A DNA stretch of 64,000 nt from an uncultured Prevotellaceae bacterium (GCA_946617675.1 CAMOKH010000111.1:7685-71684), one strand, 5' to 3'. Numbered from the stretch's first letter, positions 35,761-46,144 are shown. Numbers and translations: made by a program. The notes: generated from the sequence alone by a model not told the origin.

Positions 35761-37599
35761 TTATCTGACGACGGTCTTCCGTCCACCTATTATATATATA
35801 CCGGGCCTCAGTCCGTCACGACCGGCAGTGCCTACGCGCTGGCCGCTGAGGGTGTAGACGGGCTGCACCCCGACCGCAACGCCACTGCCGGGCGAAGCAA
35901 CGGAGGTCGGCTGTTCCCAAGTTCCGTCATGGCTAAGCTCACTGATGCCCCTGATTAGCAAAAGACCGGGCATGGCGGGCGTTGCATCCTCCGTTCTACT
36001 GACATACTGCATACACGGCATGAACGGCCGCTCCAGGTCGTCAGTAGCCATCTGGACAAAAGTCATGTCGTAGCTACTCCAGCGATAAGTCGACAGCGAC
36101 GGCACCAGCTCGGAGGTGACGCCGACAAAGTCGAAGTCGGTGCCGTGGACCAGCGCCGGTCTTGTGGCCGGCACGGTTGTATCGTCAGCATGGAGCACGA
36201 CCGGAAGCGGCAGCGTCCACATCATATATGGCTCGTAGGCGCACAGATGGCCCGGCGGCACCGGCCGGAAATCGACCACGCCGTTAGCGTCGCCGACGAA
36301 CCGATAGAAGCCCACTTCGGGACGGTAAGGCAGCACGTCGGCACCGGCTCCGTCGTTGACATCAGGATACCAGGCCTGCTTCGCACTAAAGGGAAGTACC
36401 ACGGGCCGGAAGAGGATTTCACGGCCTGAGTCATCGTGAATGACGGCGTTGGCCGGAGCCGCCGGCCTGCAGCTGAACTCAGCCAGACTGGCCTCGAAGG
36501 GCATGGGACAATAATAGGCATGGTCGGCACTGACGGTCAGCTTCTTCGCTTCATAATCGCGCACGATGTTGGCCGAAGCGGGGATGCCCGCAGGCAGGTT
36601 GTCCATGAAGTCGAGGTAGTAAATACAGTTGGGGTTGGCGCCCTTCGTGTCAATCGAGGCAATGACGTTGTTCACCTTGTACAGTCCGCGCAGGTCGACG
36701 GCAACGGCCTCGTAGGGCAGGCTCCGGTACTTACTGTCGCCTCTCATCGGCAGCGGTTTCACCTCCTTTCGTGACGTCCAGTAGGTGGCCAGGCCGCTAC
36801 GCGACTCGAAGTCGTAGATACCCACCTGCGAGATCATGCCGTGGGCGGTGCTCCAGAGCACGCCAAGGTTGTAGCGCTGACCGTATTTCATGTCGACGTC
36901 GAAGCAGAAATCGCGGACGATGGTGTCGTGGGCCGCTATCGTCTCGGCTATCTTGAGCTGTGCCACACGGGTAATCTGCGCGCTGTTGTCGAGGTCGGTC
37001 ACCAGAAGCAGGTCGAAGCCGTTCAGTCCCGCAAAGTTGTAATAGCCCGTGAAAGCCTGGTCGTCGTCATTGATGAGCAGCAGCCGCCCCGACACCCGGT
37101 TGCCGTAGACCACGTTCAGGCTGTCGGCCATCGTCGACATGTTCACCTCGTACTCTGCCCGCAAGGCCGGTTTCCGATACGCCGTCACGTCGATCGTGAC
37201 GGACACGGGCAACAGCTTGTCGCGGGTGATGTCCAGCAGGTCGTCGTCCCACTGGGTCACAAACAGCTGGTAGGTGCCGGGGTGAAAGATGTTGGCCGGA
37301 ATCACCAACTCGCGCGTTTCGCCGGCAGCGACTGCAGCCCATACATTCCCGATGGGCCTAAAAACCTCCTTTCCCTCATGGTCGGCAAGCGTGACGATTT
37401 CAAAGAAGTCGCTGCCGTCGGCCAAGGCCTCGGCCCCGTGGTTCGTCACGAGCAGGTGAACCTCGAAGTCGTAGCAGGCCATTAGCCTGCCCTCCGTCCA
37501 CATGGAGTCTACCGTCACGCCGTCGTTGGCAGCGGCCAGGACTGCCGGCCAGCAAAGGGCCAGCACCGTTAGTCGGCATAAAGTCAAAAGTCTGTTCAT
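35761..37599 (-). CDS. Secreted beta-rich hypothetical protein with C-terminal secretion tail
   Basis: Signal peptide MNRLLTL..; AVAVDLRG/NPNCIYY segment; VYTLSGQRV..GIYIIGGRKTVVR. Confidence 0.75.
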   Translation of the reverse strand: MNRLLTLCRLTVLALCWPAVLAAANDGVTVDSMWTEGRLMACYDFEVHLLVTNHGAEALADGSDFFEIVTLADHEGKEVFRPIGNVWAAVAAGETRELVIPANIFHPGTYQLFVTQWDDDLLDITRDKLLPVSVTIDVTAYRKPALRAEYEVNMSTMADSLNVVYGNRVSGRLLLINDDDQAFTGYYNFAGLNGFDLLLVTDLDNSAQITRVAQLKIAETIAAHDTIVRDFCFDVDMKYGQRYNLGVLWSTAHGMISQVGIYDFESRSGLATYWTSRKEVKPLPMRGDSKYRSLPYEAVAVDLRGLYKVNNVIASIDTKGANPNCIYYLDFMDNLPAGIPASANIVRDYEAKKLTVSADHAYYCPMPFEASLAEFSCRPAAPANAVIHDDSGREILFRPVVLPFSAKQAWYPDVNDGAGADVLPYRPEVGFYRFVGDANGVVDFRPVPPGHLCAYEPYMMWTLPLPVVLHADDTTVPATRPALVHGTDFDFVGVTSELVPSLSTYRWSSYDMTFVQMATDDLERPFMPCMQYVSRTEDATPAMPGLLLIRGISELSHDGTWEQPTSVASPGSGVAVGVQPVYTLSGQRVGTAGRDGLRPGIYIIGGRKTVVR

Positions 37600-37639
37600 T
37601 TCGTTCTGTCTTCTTATTTCGTTAAACACTGTAGTTCAT

Positions 37640-38650
37640 CTATCTTACGATTTTTGTCACTCGCCCGCCCCGGCGGTGGATGTAGAGGCGACGGCCACGG
37701 TCGGGCAAGGTCGTGCAACGTACCCCCGACAGTGAGTAGACGGCCGCGTCGGCTGCTGGCGGCGATGCGCCGCGCTCGCTGATGCCGCTGCCATTTAAAT
37801 CGCCAAAAGCCCATTGGTCGCCTAACTCGGCGGGCAGCGAGACGTAGGCGGGCGTCTCTGGCCGCCGGTCGTGCTGCCGTGCGTAGCTGAAAGCCTCGCT
37901 CATCGTCACCCGCCCGTCGGCGTCGGCATCGGCGGCGACGCCCCGTCCCGACAAGTCTTGCCCGGCAATGGCACACGTCCAGTGGTAGACGAACTCGTCG
38001 TAGGGCAGGTCCTCGCAGGCCCACGACTGCTCGTCGCTGCCACAGGCCGCCGCGATGACCCGTCCTTCGCGCTGCAATGCCGTGAGGAATCCGCCGGCAT
38101 AGCACTGCCCCAGCACCATGCTCATGGATTTCACACGGAAGCGGCTGAGCAGACTGCCCAGACGGGAGGCAAGCAGCCGCTCGTCGTTCCACAGCCAGAC
38201 GAAGGGTTCGGCCCATTGGTTGTCGATGCCACCGTGGTCGATGACGAACACAAACAGGCGGTCCTTAGCCGTCAGACGCTGGGCCATTCCGCTGAGCACG
38301 CGCTCAACGGTCAGCAGCGTGGCGTCGAAATAGACGTCGATATCGCCGTCGCCGTCGAGGTCGGCGGGCGACGAGGCGAAGCCCGTCCCGTCGGCGCGTA
38401 TCATGTCTTCTGCCGGATCGCCGCCGTCGCTCATCAACACGGCGATGTTGCGCTGTGGCACGTGGTAGGTATGGCGCAGCGCGCGGTAGAGCAGCGAACA
38501 GTCGTTCCAGTAGCGTTCCGGATTGGTCAGCCGGTTGCGCCCGCCACTGATGAGCACGGCGTAGAGCTGACCGTCGGCGTCGGCGGTCTGGGCAAGGGCG
38601 GCAAGCGTGTAGAGCCACACGGCTATGATGGCGAGCAATAGTCTGTTCAT
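37640..38650 (-). CDS. C13 (legumain-like, clan CD) cysteine peptidase, secreted
   Basis: YAVLISGG, RYWNDC, catalytic dyad FVIDHGG / LGQCYAGGF, secretion tail. Confidence 0.85.
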   Translation of the reverse strand: MNRLLLAIIAVWLYTLAALAQTADADGQLYAVLISGGRNRLTNPERYWNDCSLLYRALRHTYHVPQRNIAVLMSDGGDPAEDMIRADGTGFASSPADLDGDGDIDVYFDATLLTVERVLSGMAQRLTAKDRLFVFVIDHGGIDNQWAEPFVWLWNDERLLASRLGSLLSRFRVKSMSMVLGQCYAGGFLTALQREGRVIAAACGSDEQSWACEDLPYDEFVYHWTCAIAGQDLSGRGVAADADADGRVTMSEAFSYARQHDRRPETPAYVSLPAELGDQWAFGDLNGSGISERGASPPAADAAVYSLSGVRCTTLPDRGRRLYIHRRGGRVTKIVR

Positions 38651-38802
38651 ATCGTTAACAACTCTGCAAATATAGCATTTTCTTGTCTGTCTTTCACTCT
38701 TATTGACAAGAAAAAGCCGAAAAGACTGCCCCGTATTAACAATGTTTAACCCTAATCAGCCGGCTGGCGTAAGCACTACTACCTAAGGAACGGCGTATTT
38801 TT

Positions 38803-39030
38803 TCCTGCACTTCCTGCACTGAGCCTCATTTCCAGCAGGTTAGGGCAATCTGGGCAATGACGATCCTGCACTGGAAGTTGCACTTTACCTGCACTGGACT
38901 ACGGACGGCACGCCAAGGACGAAAAGCGGCGCTTTACAAGCGTTCCCACGGCCTGGGACAAACGTCCCAGGCCGTGGGAACGCCCGAAAGGCGCCGCCAA
39001 AAGGAATAAGTCAGTGCAGGAAGTGCAGGA
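38803..39030. mobile_element. 228-bp MITE-like element with perfect 20-bp terminal inverted repeats
   Basis: tcctgcacttcctgcactga ... tcagtgcaggaagtgcagga; internal palindrome gcgttcccacggcctgggac-aaac-gtcccaggccgtgggaacgc; T-runs on both flanks. Confidence 0.65.
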
Positions 39031-39039
39031 TTTTTTTCG

Positions 39040-41184
39040 TTATGAACCAGACCGCCGACCCTCCTCTGACGCGCCTCGGCTGTGGCGTAACTTGAGCATC
39101 TGCTTCCCCCACTGCAGGTTGTAGCGGACCGTCAGGCCTACGCGGTGAGGCGCCGGGAGCGAGCGCTGGCGGCTCTCGACGTCGCCCGTCACCACACGCG
39201 TCTCGAAATGGGGCACGTAGAAGTAGTTAAGGGTCAGCGTCAGCCGGCGGTTGAGCAGTTGTTTGGTCAGGCTGCCTGTCAACTGCCAGTGGTCGTCCGT
39301 CTGGAAAGTCAGTTCCTTGGTCGACGTGCGGTACATTCCGTTCACCATGATATTGACCCCAGACTTCAGCATCGACGTTACGGCCAGCGACGCACGGAAG
39401 GAGTTGCTCGTCGAACTGAGCTGCTCATAGTCGCTCGTCTGGTGGGTGTAAGCCATGTTGCCATTGAGCATGAGCCACGACGCGAACTGCTTTGTGGCTC
39501 CCGACGACAGACTGACCGCGTGTACGCTCTCGCCGTTGACGTAAGTCGCGTAATAGAGGTTCGGCGTACTGTCTTCAAGATAGACCTGATGGAACGTGCT
39601 GTTACGCCCCCACGAAAGGCCGACCCAGTAGTTGTGCCAGAGCCTGAGCGTGCCACTGACGTAATCGCTGGAGGCGGGCTGGAGGAAGGGGTTGCCCTTG
39701 GCATACTGGTATTCCGACTGCCACCTGACCGTGGGGTTCAGCATGTGCATGAGGGGCATGATGACGCCATGAGAGTAAGACAGGCTGAGGCGATGGCCCC
39801 GCGCCTGACTGAGGGTCCATCCCAGCTGGACGCTGGGATAGAGGTTGTCGTAACGGCTGCGATGGTTGAGCTCGGGCGTCACGACTGACTGCGGGTCGAT
39901 CACACGGTGCTCATATCGCAGGCCGAGCGAGGCTGAGAGGCGTCGCAGCTGGTACTGCCAACTGGCATAGGCCGCATAGTCTTGCTCACGGTAACGGTAG
40001 ACATCGGCGAAGGTGGCAAAAGGGTTGTCGGCGCCATTCTGGGTAAGTCGGTTTCGGGTGTCGTCGTCGCTGCGCCACGTTGAGACCAGCAGACCGGCCT
40101 TCAGGCTGCCCCACCCTTCAGGCAGGCGCTGCTCGACATCGGCCTGCAGCTCCCTGTGGGTACGGTCGGTGGCTGTTGCCGAAGCCGTGCTCCACAGCCG
40201 GGGCATGCCCTCACGCTGCGCCTCGTCGGTGGTGTTGACGTCGTAGTCAGAGATGGTGCCCGAGACCGTCAGCTGGCCGGTTTTCCACAGATGGGTATAG
40301 TCTATCGTGGCGCGAAGTGAGACTGAGTGGTTATCGTTCGTGCCGATGTTCCGATATTCCGAACCAGGGCTGCCCGGGACAGTGGTTGCCGTCAGCTGTG
40401 CAAGGCTGACCGTGGTCTTGCTGTTGTCGTAGGCCAACTCGGCGGTCAGGAAGTCGTCGTCGCTGAGGTCATAGCCGACGCCGAGCGTGCCGTCGCCACT
40501 GTTAGGCTCGCTTACAGTGGTCTGGCTGCCGACGGTCTGCAGTCCTGTTGCCACGAAGGTATTGCTGCTTTCAGCATCAATCTCGGTGCGCGACCAACGA
40601 TAGCTGCCATTACCATACACCGACCACCGGCCGTAACGCAGCCCGGCGTTGACCGTAGGCAGGACGTAGGTGTGGAAGCCTCGGGCCTGGAAGGTGCTGC
40701 CGCTGACCGTCAGCTGGCCCCCGTCGTCTATCCGCTGTGTCGTAATACGTACGATGGCCTGCCCTGCCTCGGTGGCACTGACGTCGGCTCCGGCCGACGT
40801 GACGACCTTGACCTCCTTGATGTTCCCGGCCTCGAACGACTGCAGGTAGTTGGCCAGGGCTTCGCCGGTGAGCCTGACCCTGCGGCGATTGACGTAGACA
40901 CGCGCCACGGCCTTGTTAAACACGCTTATCTGTGTGCCGTCAACTTCCATGCCCGGCAGGAAGGCTAACGCCTCCATCAGATTCAGGCTCTTGAGCTGAG
41001 GAATAGCCGAAAGATTCACCCGGTAGCCTTCGGCATCGTACTTCAACAGGCTGCCTCGCACGACTACCTCACGGAGTGAGTCGGTCTTTACTATAGGTAT
41101 CGTGTCGGGACGAACACTTGTATTGCCATACCCGTAGGATGGGAACAGCAAGACGACTAACAGGAGAATTGTCACCATACGCAT
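39040..41184 (-). CDS. Outer-membrane beta-barrel protein (TonB-receptor-like)
   Basis: LREVVVRG, plug-like domain, GLRYEH, YAKGNPFLQP, VRYNLQWGK. Confidence 0.8.
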   Translation of the reverse strand: MRMVTILLLVVLLFPSYGYGNTSVRPDTIPIVKTDSLREVVVRGSLLKYDAEGYRVNLSAIPQLKSLNLMEALAFLPGMEVDGTQISVFNKAVARVYVNRRRVRLTGEALANYLQSFEAGNIKEVKVVTSAGADVSATEAGQAIVRITTQRIDDGGQLTVSGSTFQARGFHTYVLPTVNAGLRYGRWSVYGNGSYRWSRTEIDAESSNTFVATGLQTVGSQTTVSEPNSGDGTLGVGYDLSDDDFLTAELAYDNSKTTVSLAQLTATTVPGSPGSEYRNIGTNDNHSVSLRATIDYTHLWKTGQLTVSGTISDYDVNTTDEAQREGMPRLWSTASATATDRTHRELQADVEQRLPEGWGSLKAGLLVSTWRSDDDTRNRLTQNGADNPFATFADVYRYREQDYAAYASWQYQLRRLSASLGLRYEHRVIDPQSVVTPELNHRSRYDNLYPSVQLGWTLSQARGHRLSLSYSHGVIMPLMHMLNPTVRWQSEYQYAKGNPFLQPASSDYVSGTLRLWHNYWVGLSWGRNSTFHQVYLEDSTPNLYYATYVNGESVHAVSLSSGATKQFASWLMLNGNMAYTHQTSDYEQLSSTSNSFRASLAVTSMLKSGVNIMVNGMYRTSTKELTFQTDDHWQLTGSLTKQLLNRRLTLTLNYFYVPHFETRVVTGDVESRQRSLPAPHRVGLTVRYNLQWGKQMLKLRHSRGASEEGRRSGS

Positions 41185-41191
41185 TTATAAA

Positions 41192-41773
41192 TTAAATCCC
41201 GAAAATCCAATGCCACCACCTTCTTCTTTTAACCCGTATTTCCGGAGGCCCCAAAAGGTCTGCGCCAGTATAAGGTATCACATAGATTGCCTCTACTTTG
41301 CGCCCCTTAACTTTTTTAAGGCGCTTCATGGTTTTGGGATTGTCCATCCGCAGACAGCGCCGGTTGATGTAGATTCGCTCCACCGGACGACGAAAGACAC
41401 TATATCTACCGTCTGATGCCTTAACGAGGGGCAGGAACGCAATAACCTTTGACAGGTCATAGTCTCTCAACTGCTGAATACGACGTACGTAAACCGTGTC
41501 GTTAAGACCCATTTCTCCAAAATGCCGCGCTGGTATTACAAAAAACCTTAGCGTATCGCCATCTTGAACAGACCACTCATGGACATGACAAAAAATACGG
41601 TGGTGAAAGCGCACAGGAATTGTATCGCCATCCCTCACGTTACAAACTGCGACATGGTGGACAGTGTCGCGGCAACTGACGTTGACGTGAATAGTATCTG
41701 AAGCCTCATGTGCCGACACACCGACATGAGCCCAGAAGGACAAGGCTGCTGCGGCAAGAAATACTTTTCTCAT
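41192..41773 (-). CDS. Secreted hypothetical protein with a plug-like segment paralogous to the neighbouring barrel gene
   Basis: Signal peptide MRKVFLAAAALSFWAHVGVSA; IAFLP..SVFRRPVERIYINRR..TGAD. Confidence 0.65.
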   Translation of the reverse strand: MRKVFLAAAALSFWAHVGVSAHEASDTIHVNVSCRDTVHHVAVCNVRDGDTIPVRFHHRIFCHVHEWSVQDGDTLRFFVIPARHFGEMGLNDTVYVRRIQQLRDYDLSKVIAFLPLVKASDGRYSVFRRPVERIYINRRCLRMDNPKTMKRLKKVKGRKVEAIYVIPYTGADLLGPPEIRVKRRRWWHWIFGI

Positions 41774-41896
41774 ACTGATAACATTTGGGTTAATACTTAG
41801 TACACCATAAGTCTTATGGGACGGTGCAAAGGTATGGAAAAGATGGGCTACAGGCAAAGAAAACGGTTACACTTTTTACACTTACGGGTAAACACC

Positions 41897-43234
41897 TTAC
41901 ACTTCAGTGCCTAAATGGAAGATTTTCTCGTCGAAATCACGGGCGCCGCCCTCCTCCTTGAACAGGTTGGCGAGCAACCGTCGCTTCTGATTGGTCACCG
42001 CCTGAGGCGACTTACCCAAAAGGACGGAGAGCTCGGAAGGGAGGAAGTGCAACCTGACGAGCATACAGAAGACGAGATTCTGGCTTGAGACAGACACGCC
42101 ATATTGGTGCAGGGCAGAAACGAACTTCGGCATGCTGCCCTCAACGAACAGCTTGAGCCGCTGCAGCTCGCCGTCGGTGGCTTGATGGCCCAACGAGGCA
42201 CTCTTGTGCAAATCGCTCACGATGGGCGATGAGAGCGGTTCGGACGAATCGTCCCATAAAGCGTCGGGCGACAGCTCGGCCAGTCGCAGCCTGACATCGG
42301 CAAGCTGCTGTTCTACTACTGCTTTTTCCTCCACCTGACGGCTCAGACGGTCACATTCTGCCCGCAGCTCGTTATAGCGCGCCAGCTCAAGGGCATAGCG
42401 GGTGTTGACTTCCCTGAGCTGCCTGTGCATTCGCCGGCGATAATAGCCGTAAAGCACGAAGGCACCGACGAAAAGCACGATGCCGACGACGGCAGTGTAG
42501 AGTTGCCGGGTGGCCATCTGCTCCTGCTTCTTCCGCTCGTCCTGCCTATGGCGGAAGAAGTTGGTGATGACGTCGGGCGAGAACACTTTTACGTGCGATC
42601 CGCCCATGAAGTCGGGGTCGGTGATGCCAGGGTGAGCCACGACCCTCATGACGGTTACGCCCGTTGCGGCATTGACAAGGGCCAGCGTGTCAGCCTGCCG
42701 ACGCATCCACGTAAATTCTGCAAGGCTATCCGTTCTCTGGCGATGCTTGGAGGCGACAAGTATCAACTGGCGGCAGTTGTACTGAAACAGCGTGTCGCCA
42801 CAGCGTTCAGCATAGCGTTCGGCCATGCGGAGATCCCTGATGCCGCTCTCTACCACCTGCAGTGAATCCGTATCATCCTGAAACTGGACGTATTGCTTAC
42901 CGATGTAGGCATACAGACGTGACATCATACGCAGATTGGCGGTATCAGCTGTTGAGAGTGCCTCGCGGTAACACAGGAGCGCCATCGACACTTCGCCCAT
43001 GACATCGTAAGCCCGGCCCAGGAGATAATAAGACTGGGTACGCTCGGAGGGGGTTCCGTAGATACTGAAATAATCGACAAGCGACAAGGGGATACTGTCG
43101 CTTGTAAACCATTGGTGGCAGGAGTCATAACGGACGGCCTCAGCCAACAGGCCCTGCATCTGACGATGGACCTGACGGTCGCTACAGGCGAGGAGCCCGG
43201 CCACGAATGCTGCAGCTACGACCAGCCGTCTCAT
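41897..43234 (-). CDS. Membrane-anchored TPR sensor with C-terminal HTH-type DNA-binding region
   Basis: YYLLGRAY TPR, central TM helix, coiled coil, CMLVRLHFLPSELSVLLGKSPQAVTNQKRRL. Confidence 0.75.
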   Translation of the reverse strand: MRRLVVAAAFVAGLLACSDRQVHRQMQGLLAEAVRYDSCHQWFTSDSIPLSLVDYFSIYGTPSERTQSYYLLGRAYDVMGEVSMALLCYREALSTADTANLRMMSRLYAYIGKQYVQFQDDTDSLQVVESGIRDLRMAERYAERCGDTLFQYNCRQLILVASKHRQRTDSLAEFTWMRRQADTLALVNAATGVTVMRVVAHPGITDPDFMGGSHVKVFSPDVITNFFRHRQDERKKQEQMATRQLYTAVVGIVLFVGAFVLYGYYRRRMHRQLREVNTRYALELARYNELRAECDRLSRQVEEKAVVEQQLADVRLRLAELSPDALWDDSSEPLSSPIVSDLHKSASLGHQATDGELQRLKLFVEGSMPKFVSALHQYGVSVSSQNLVFCMLVRLHFLPSELSVLLGKSPQAVTNQKRRLLANLFKEEGGARDFDEKIFHLGTEV

Positions 43235-45144
43235 CAGTGCTTGATGTTGGCCTTCTTGCGCTGGTCGTGGTCGAGTATGACCTTACGCATGCGCATCGAC
43301 TTGGGCGTCACCTCGACGAGCTCGTCCTCCTTGATGTACTCCAGGCACTCCTCGAGCGACATGACGGTCTTGGGGATGATGCGGGCCTTGTCGTCGGTAC
43401 CCGAGGCACGGACGTTGGTCAGCTGCTTGGCCTTGCAGACGTTGATGACGAGGTCGTTGTCGTGGACGTGCTCGCCGACGACCTGGCCCAGGTAGACCTC
43501 CTCGCCGGGGTCGATGAAGAAGCGGCCGCGGTCCTGCAGCTTGTCGATGGCGTAGGCGTAGGCGGTGCCCGTCTCGAGGGCGATCATCGAACCGTTGACG
43601 CGGCGCTCAATCTCGCCCTTGTAGGGCTGGTACTCCTTGAAGCGGTGGGCCATGATGGCCTCGCCCTGACTGGCCGTCAGCACGTTGGTGCGCAGGCCGA
43701 TGATGCCGCGCGAGGGTATGTCGAACTCGATGTTGGTGCGCTCGCCCTGGCTCTCCATCGACGTCATCTCGCCCTTGCGGCGCGTCACCATGTCGATCAT
43801 CTTCGAGGCGAACTCCTCGGGCACGTTGATGGTCAGCTCCTCGATAGGCTCGCACTTGATCAATTGAGAATTGAGAGTTGAGGATTGAGAATTATGATTA
43901 CCTGCTTCAGCAGTGTTTCCGCCCTTGGAGTTATCATAATTCTCCATTTTCAATTCTCCATTCTCCATTCGTCCGTAACGGTAGATGACCTGCGGCTGTC
44001 CCACCTGCAGCTCGTAGCCCTCGCGGCGCATGGTCTCGATGAGCACCGAGAGATGGAGCACGCCACGGCCGGAGACGACCCACTTGTCGGTGGAGTCCTC
44101 GAACTGCTCGACGCGCAGGGCCAGGTTCTTCTCGAGCTCGCGTGCCAGACGGTCGCTGATGTGGCGCGAGGTGACGAACTTACCCTCGCGGCCGAAGAAG
44201 GGCGAGTCGTTGATGGTGAAGAGCATCGACATCGTCGGCTCGTCGATGGCGATGGGCGGCAGCGGCTCGGGCTGCTCAAGGTCGCAGATGGTGTCGCCAA
44301 TCTCGAACCGTTCCAGACCGATGACGGCGCAGATGTCGCCGCAGTCCACCTGGTCGGTGCGCTGGTGGCCCATGCCGTCGAACGTATGCAGCTCCTTGAT
44401 CTTCGTCTTCTCCTGCGTACCGTCGCGGTGGGCGATGGTCACCTGCTGACCGTCGCGCAGCGTGCCACGGTGGACGCGGCCCACGGCGATGCGCCCCGTG
44501 TAGCTCGAGTAGTCGAGCGAGGTGATGAGCATCTGGGGCGTGCCCTCTATCTGCTTCGGGGCGGGAATCACCTCGATAATCTTATCTAATAAATAGGTAA
44601 TGTCAGTGGTGGGCTTGTTGTAGTCCTCGCCCATCCAGCCGTTCTTGGCCGAACCGTAGACGACGGGGAAGTCGAGCTGGTCCTCGGTGGCATTCAGTGA
44701 GAACATCAAGTCAAAGACCATCTCGTAGACCTCCTCGGGGCGGCAGTTGGGCTTGTCGACCTTGTTCACCACGACGATGGGCTTCAGTCCGATCTCGAGG
44801 GCCTTCTGCAGCACGAAGCGCGTCTGCGGCATCGGACCCTCGAAGGCGTCGACCAGCAGCAGGCAGCCGTCGGCCATGTTGAGCACGCGCTCCACCTCGC
44901 CGCCGAAGTCCGAGTGTCCCGGCGTGTCGATGATGTTAATCTTCGTGCCCTTCCAGTTGATGGAGACGTTCTTCGAGAGGATGGTGATGCCACGCTCGCG
45001 TTCGAGGTCGTTGGCGTCGAGTACTTGGTTGCTGAGGTCCTGGCCTTCGCGAAAGAGGTTTCCGGCCAGCATCATCTTGTCCACGAGTGTCGTCTTACCG
45101 TGGTCTACGTGCGCAATAATCGCAATGTTTCGGATATCCTGCAT
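43234..45144 (-). CDS. typA: Translational GTPase TypA/BipA
   Basis: [41 protein letters not shown]. Confidence 0.97.
   Translation of the reverse strand: MQDIRNIAIIAHVDHGKTTLVDKMMLAGNLFREGQDLSNQVLDANDLERERGITILSKNVSINWKGTKINIIDTPGHSDFGGEVERVLNMADGCLLLVDAFEGPMPQTRFVLQKALEIGLKPIVVVNKVDKPNCRPEEVYEMVFDLMFSLNATEDQLDFPVVYGSAKNGWMGEDYNKPTTDITYLLDKIIEVIPAPKQIEGTPQMLITSLDYSSYTGRIAVGRVHRGTLRDGQQVTIAHRDGTQEKTKIKELHTFDGMGHQRTDQVDCGDICAVIGLERFEIGDTICDLEQPEPLPPIAIDEPTMSMLFTINDSPFFGREGKFVTSRHISDRLARELEKNLALRVEQFEDSTDKWVVSGRGVLHLSVLIETMRREGYELQVGQPQVIYRYGRMENGELKMENYDNSKGGNTAEAGNHNSQSSTLNSQLIKCEPIEELTINVPEEFASKMIDMVTRRKGEMTSMESQGERTNIEFDIPSRGIIGLRTNVLTASQGEAIMAHRFKEYQPYKGEIERRVNGSMIALETGTAYAYAIDKLQDRGRFFIDPGEEVYLGQVVGEHVHDNDLVINVCKAKQLTNVRASGTDDKARIIPKTVMSLEECLEYIKEDELVEVTPKSMRMRKVILDHDQRKKANIKH
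43861..43970. repeat. Heptamer-based palindromic element in-frame in typA
   Basis: caattgagaattgagagttgaggattgagaattatgat ... atcataattctccattttcaattctccattctccattc. Confidence 0.88.
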
Positions 45145-45177
45145 AAGTCGTTTTCTTGAAATCGGCTGCAAAGGTAC

Positions 45178-45210
45178 AAAAAAAAAGCGTAAACCGTATG
45201 GGTTTACGCC
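45178..45210 (-). terminator. Intrinsic terminator after the porin remnant
   Basis: Minus strand gcgtaaacc-catac-ggtttacgc followed by a T-run. Confidence 0.75.
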
Positions 45211-45232
45211 TAAAAAGTGTATCAGCCGCTGT

Positions 45233-45581
45233 TTAGAACGGAATCTTGTAGCCCAGGGTCAGCATGATGACGCTGTTCTTCATATCCTTGTCCAAGAGCT
45301 TGTTATCCTTATTGACCTTGGTCAGACCCAGGTTGTAGCGGGCGTCGATGACGAAGTCAGAGAACTCGTACGACAGGCCGAGGGGAATCGACAGGTCGAA
45401 GGTTTTCAGTTCGTCCGTGCTGGTGTTCTCTTCCTTTTCTCCCAGTATGGTATACTTAGACTTATGAGAGAGCAGGAAACCGGGCTGGATACCAGCCTTC
45501 ACGGCCAGACCAGGAATGATGTAGTAATTGGCCAGGATGGGAACGTTCAGGTAGGTCAGCGTGGTGCTGGCGTCCTCTCAT
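45233..45581 (-). pseudogene. PorT/OmpA-like porin family pseudogene lacking its N-terminal half
   Basis: ATG 45581 is out of frame with ..[39 protein letters not shown]; no signal peptide. Confidence 0.75.
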
Positions 45582-45775
45582 GTTGTTCTTTTTTTTAAGT
45601 TTGACATACATTTTTTTCTTTTGCGGCGCAAAAGTAGAACATTAAATCGAGATAAGGCGAAAAACGAGACGTCCCAAGGCTAAAACTTAAACATTTTTAA
45701 CGCTTTTAGCAAAAAGAGGGGCCAAAAAGTTGGCTGAATCGCAAAAAAGTAGTACCTTTGCAGCCGCATTTGAAA

Positions 45776-45811
45776 GATGTGCCTGTCCTGATGATGTGGC
45801 GGGCGGCATCT
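45776..45811 (+). promoter_or_regulatory. Structured rpsO leader, candidate S15 autoregulatory element
   Basis: Imperfect hairpin gatgtgcctgtcc...ggcgggcggcatc between a TACCTTTGCA promoter and the rpsO ATG. Confidence 0.45.
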
Positions 45812-45851
45812 GAACGATGTTTAGTATTAACAAAAATCATCATTAAAAGTT

Positions 45852-46121
45852 ATGTATTTAGACAAAGAGAAGAAAGTCGAGATTTTCAGCCAGTACGGCA
45901 AGTCGGCCACTGACACGGGTTCACCCGAGGCTCAGATTGCCCTGTTCACCTACCGCATCAAGCACCTGACGGAGCACCTGAAGAAGAACCACAAGGACTT
46001 CGCTACCGCCCGCTCGCTGACCATGATGGTAGGTCGTCGCCGCAAGCTGCTGAAGTATCTCTACACCAACGACATCGAGCGCTACCGCGCCATCATCAAG
46101 ACGCTCGGCCTGCGTAAGTAA
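45852..46121 (+). CDS. rpsO: 30S ribosomal protein S15
   Basis: [33 protein letters not shown]. Confidence 0.98.
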   Translation: MYLDKEKKVEIFSQYGKSATDTGSPEAQIALFTYRIKHLTEHLKKNHKDFATARSLTMMVGRRRKLLKYLYTNDIERYRAIIKTLGLRK

Positions 46122-46144
46122 TAAGGTAAAGGAGCAAGAAACCA

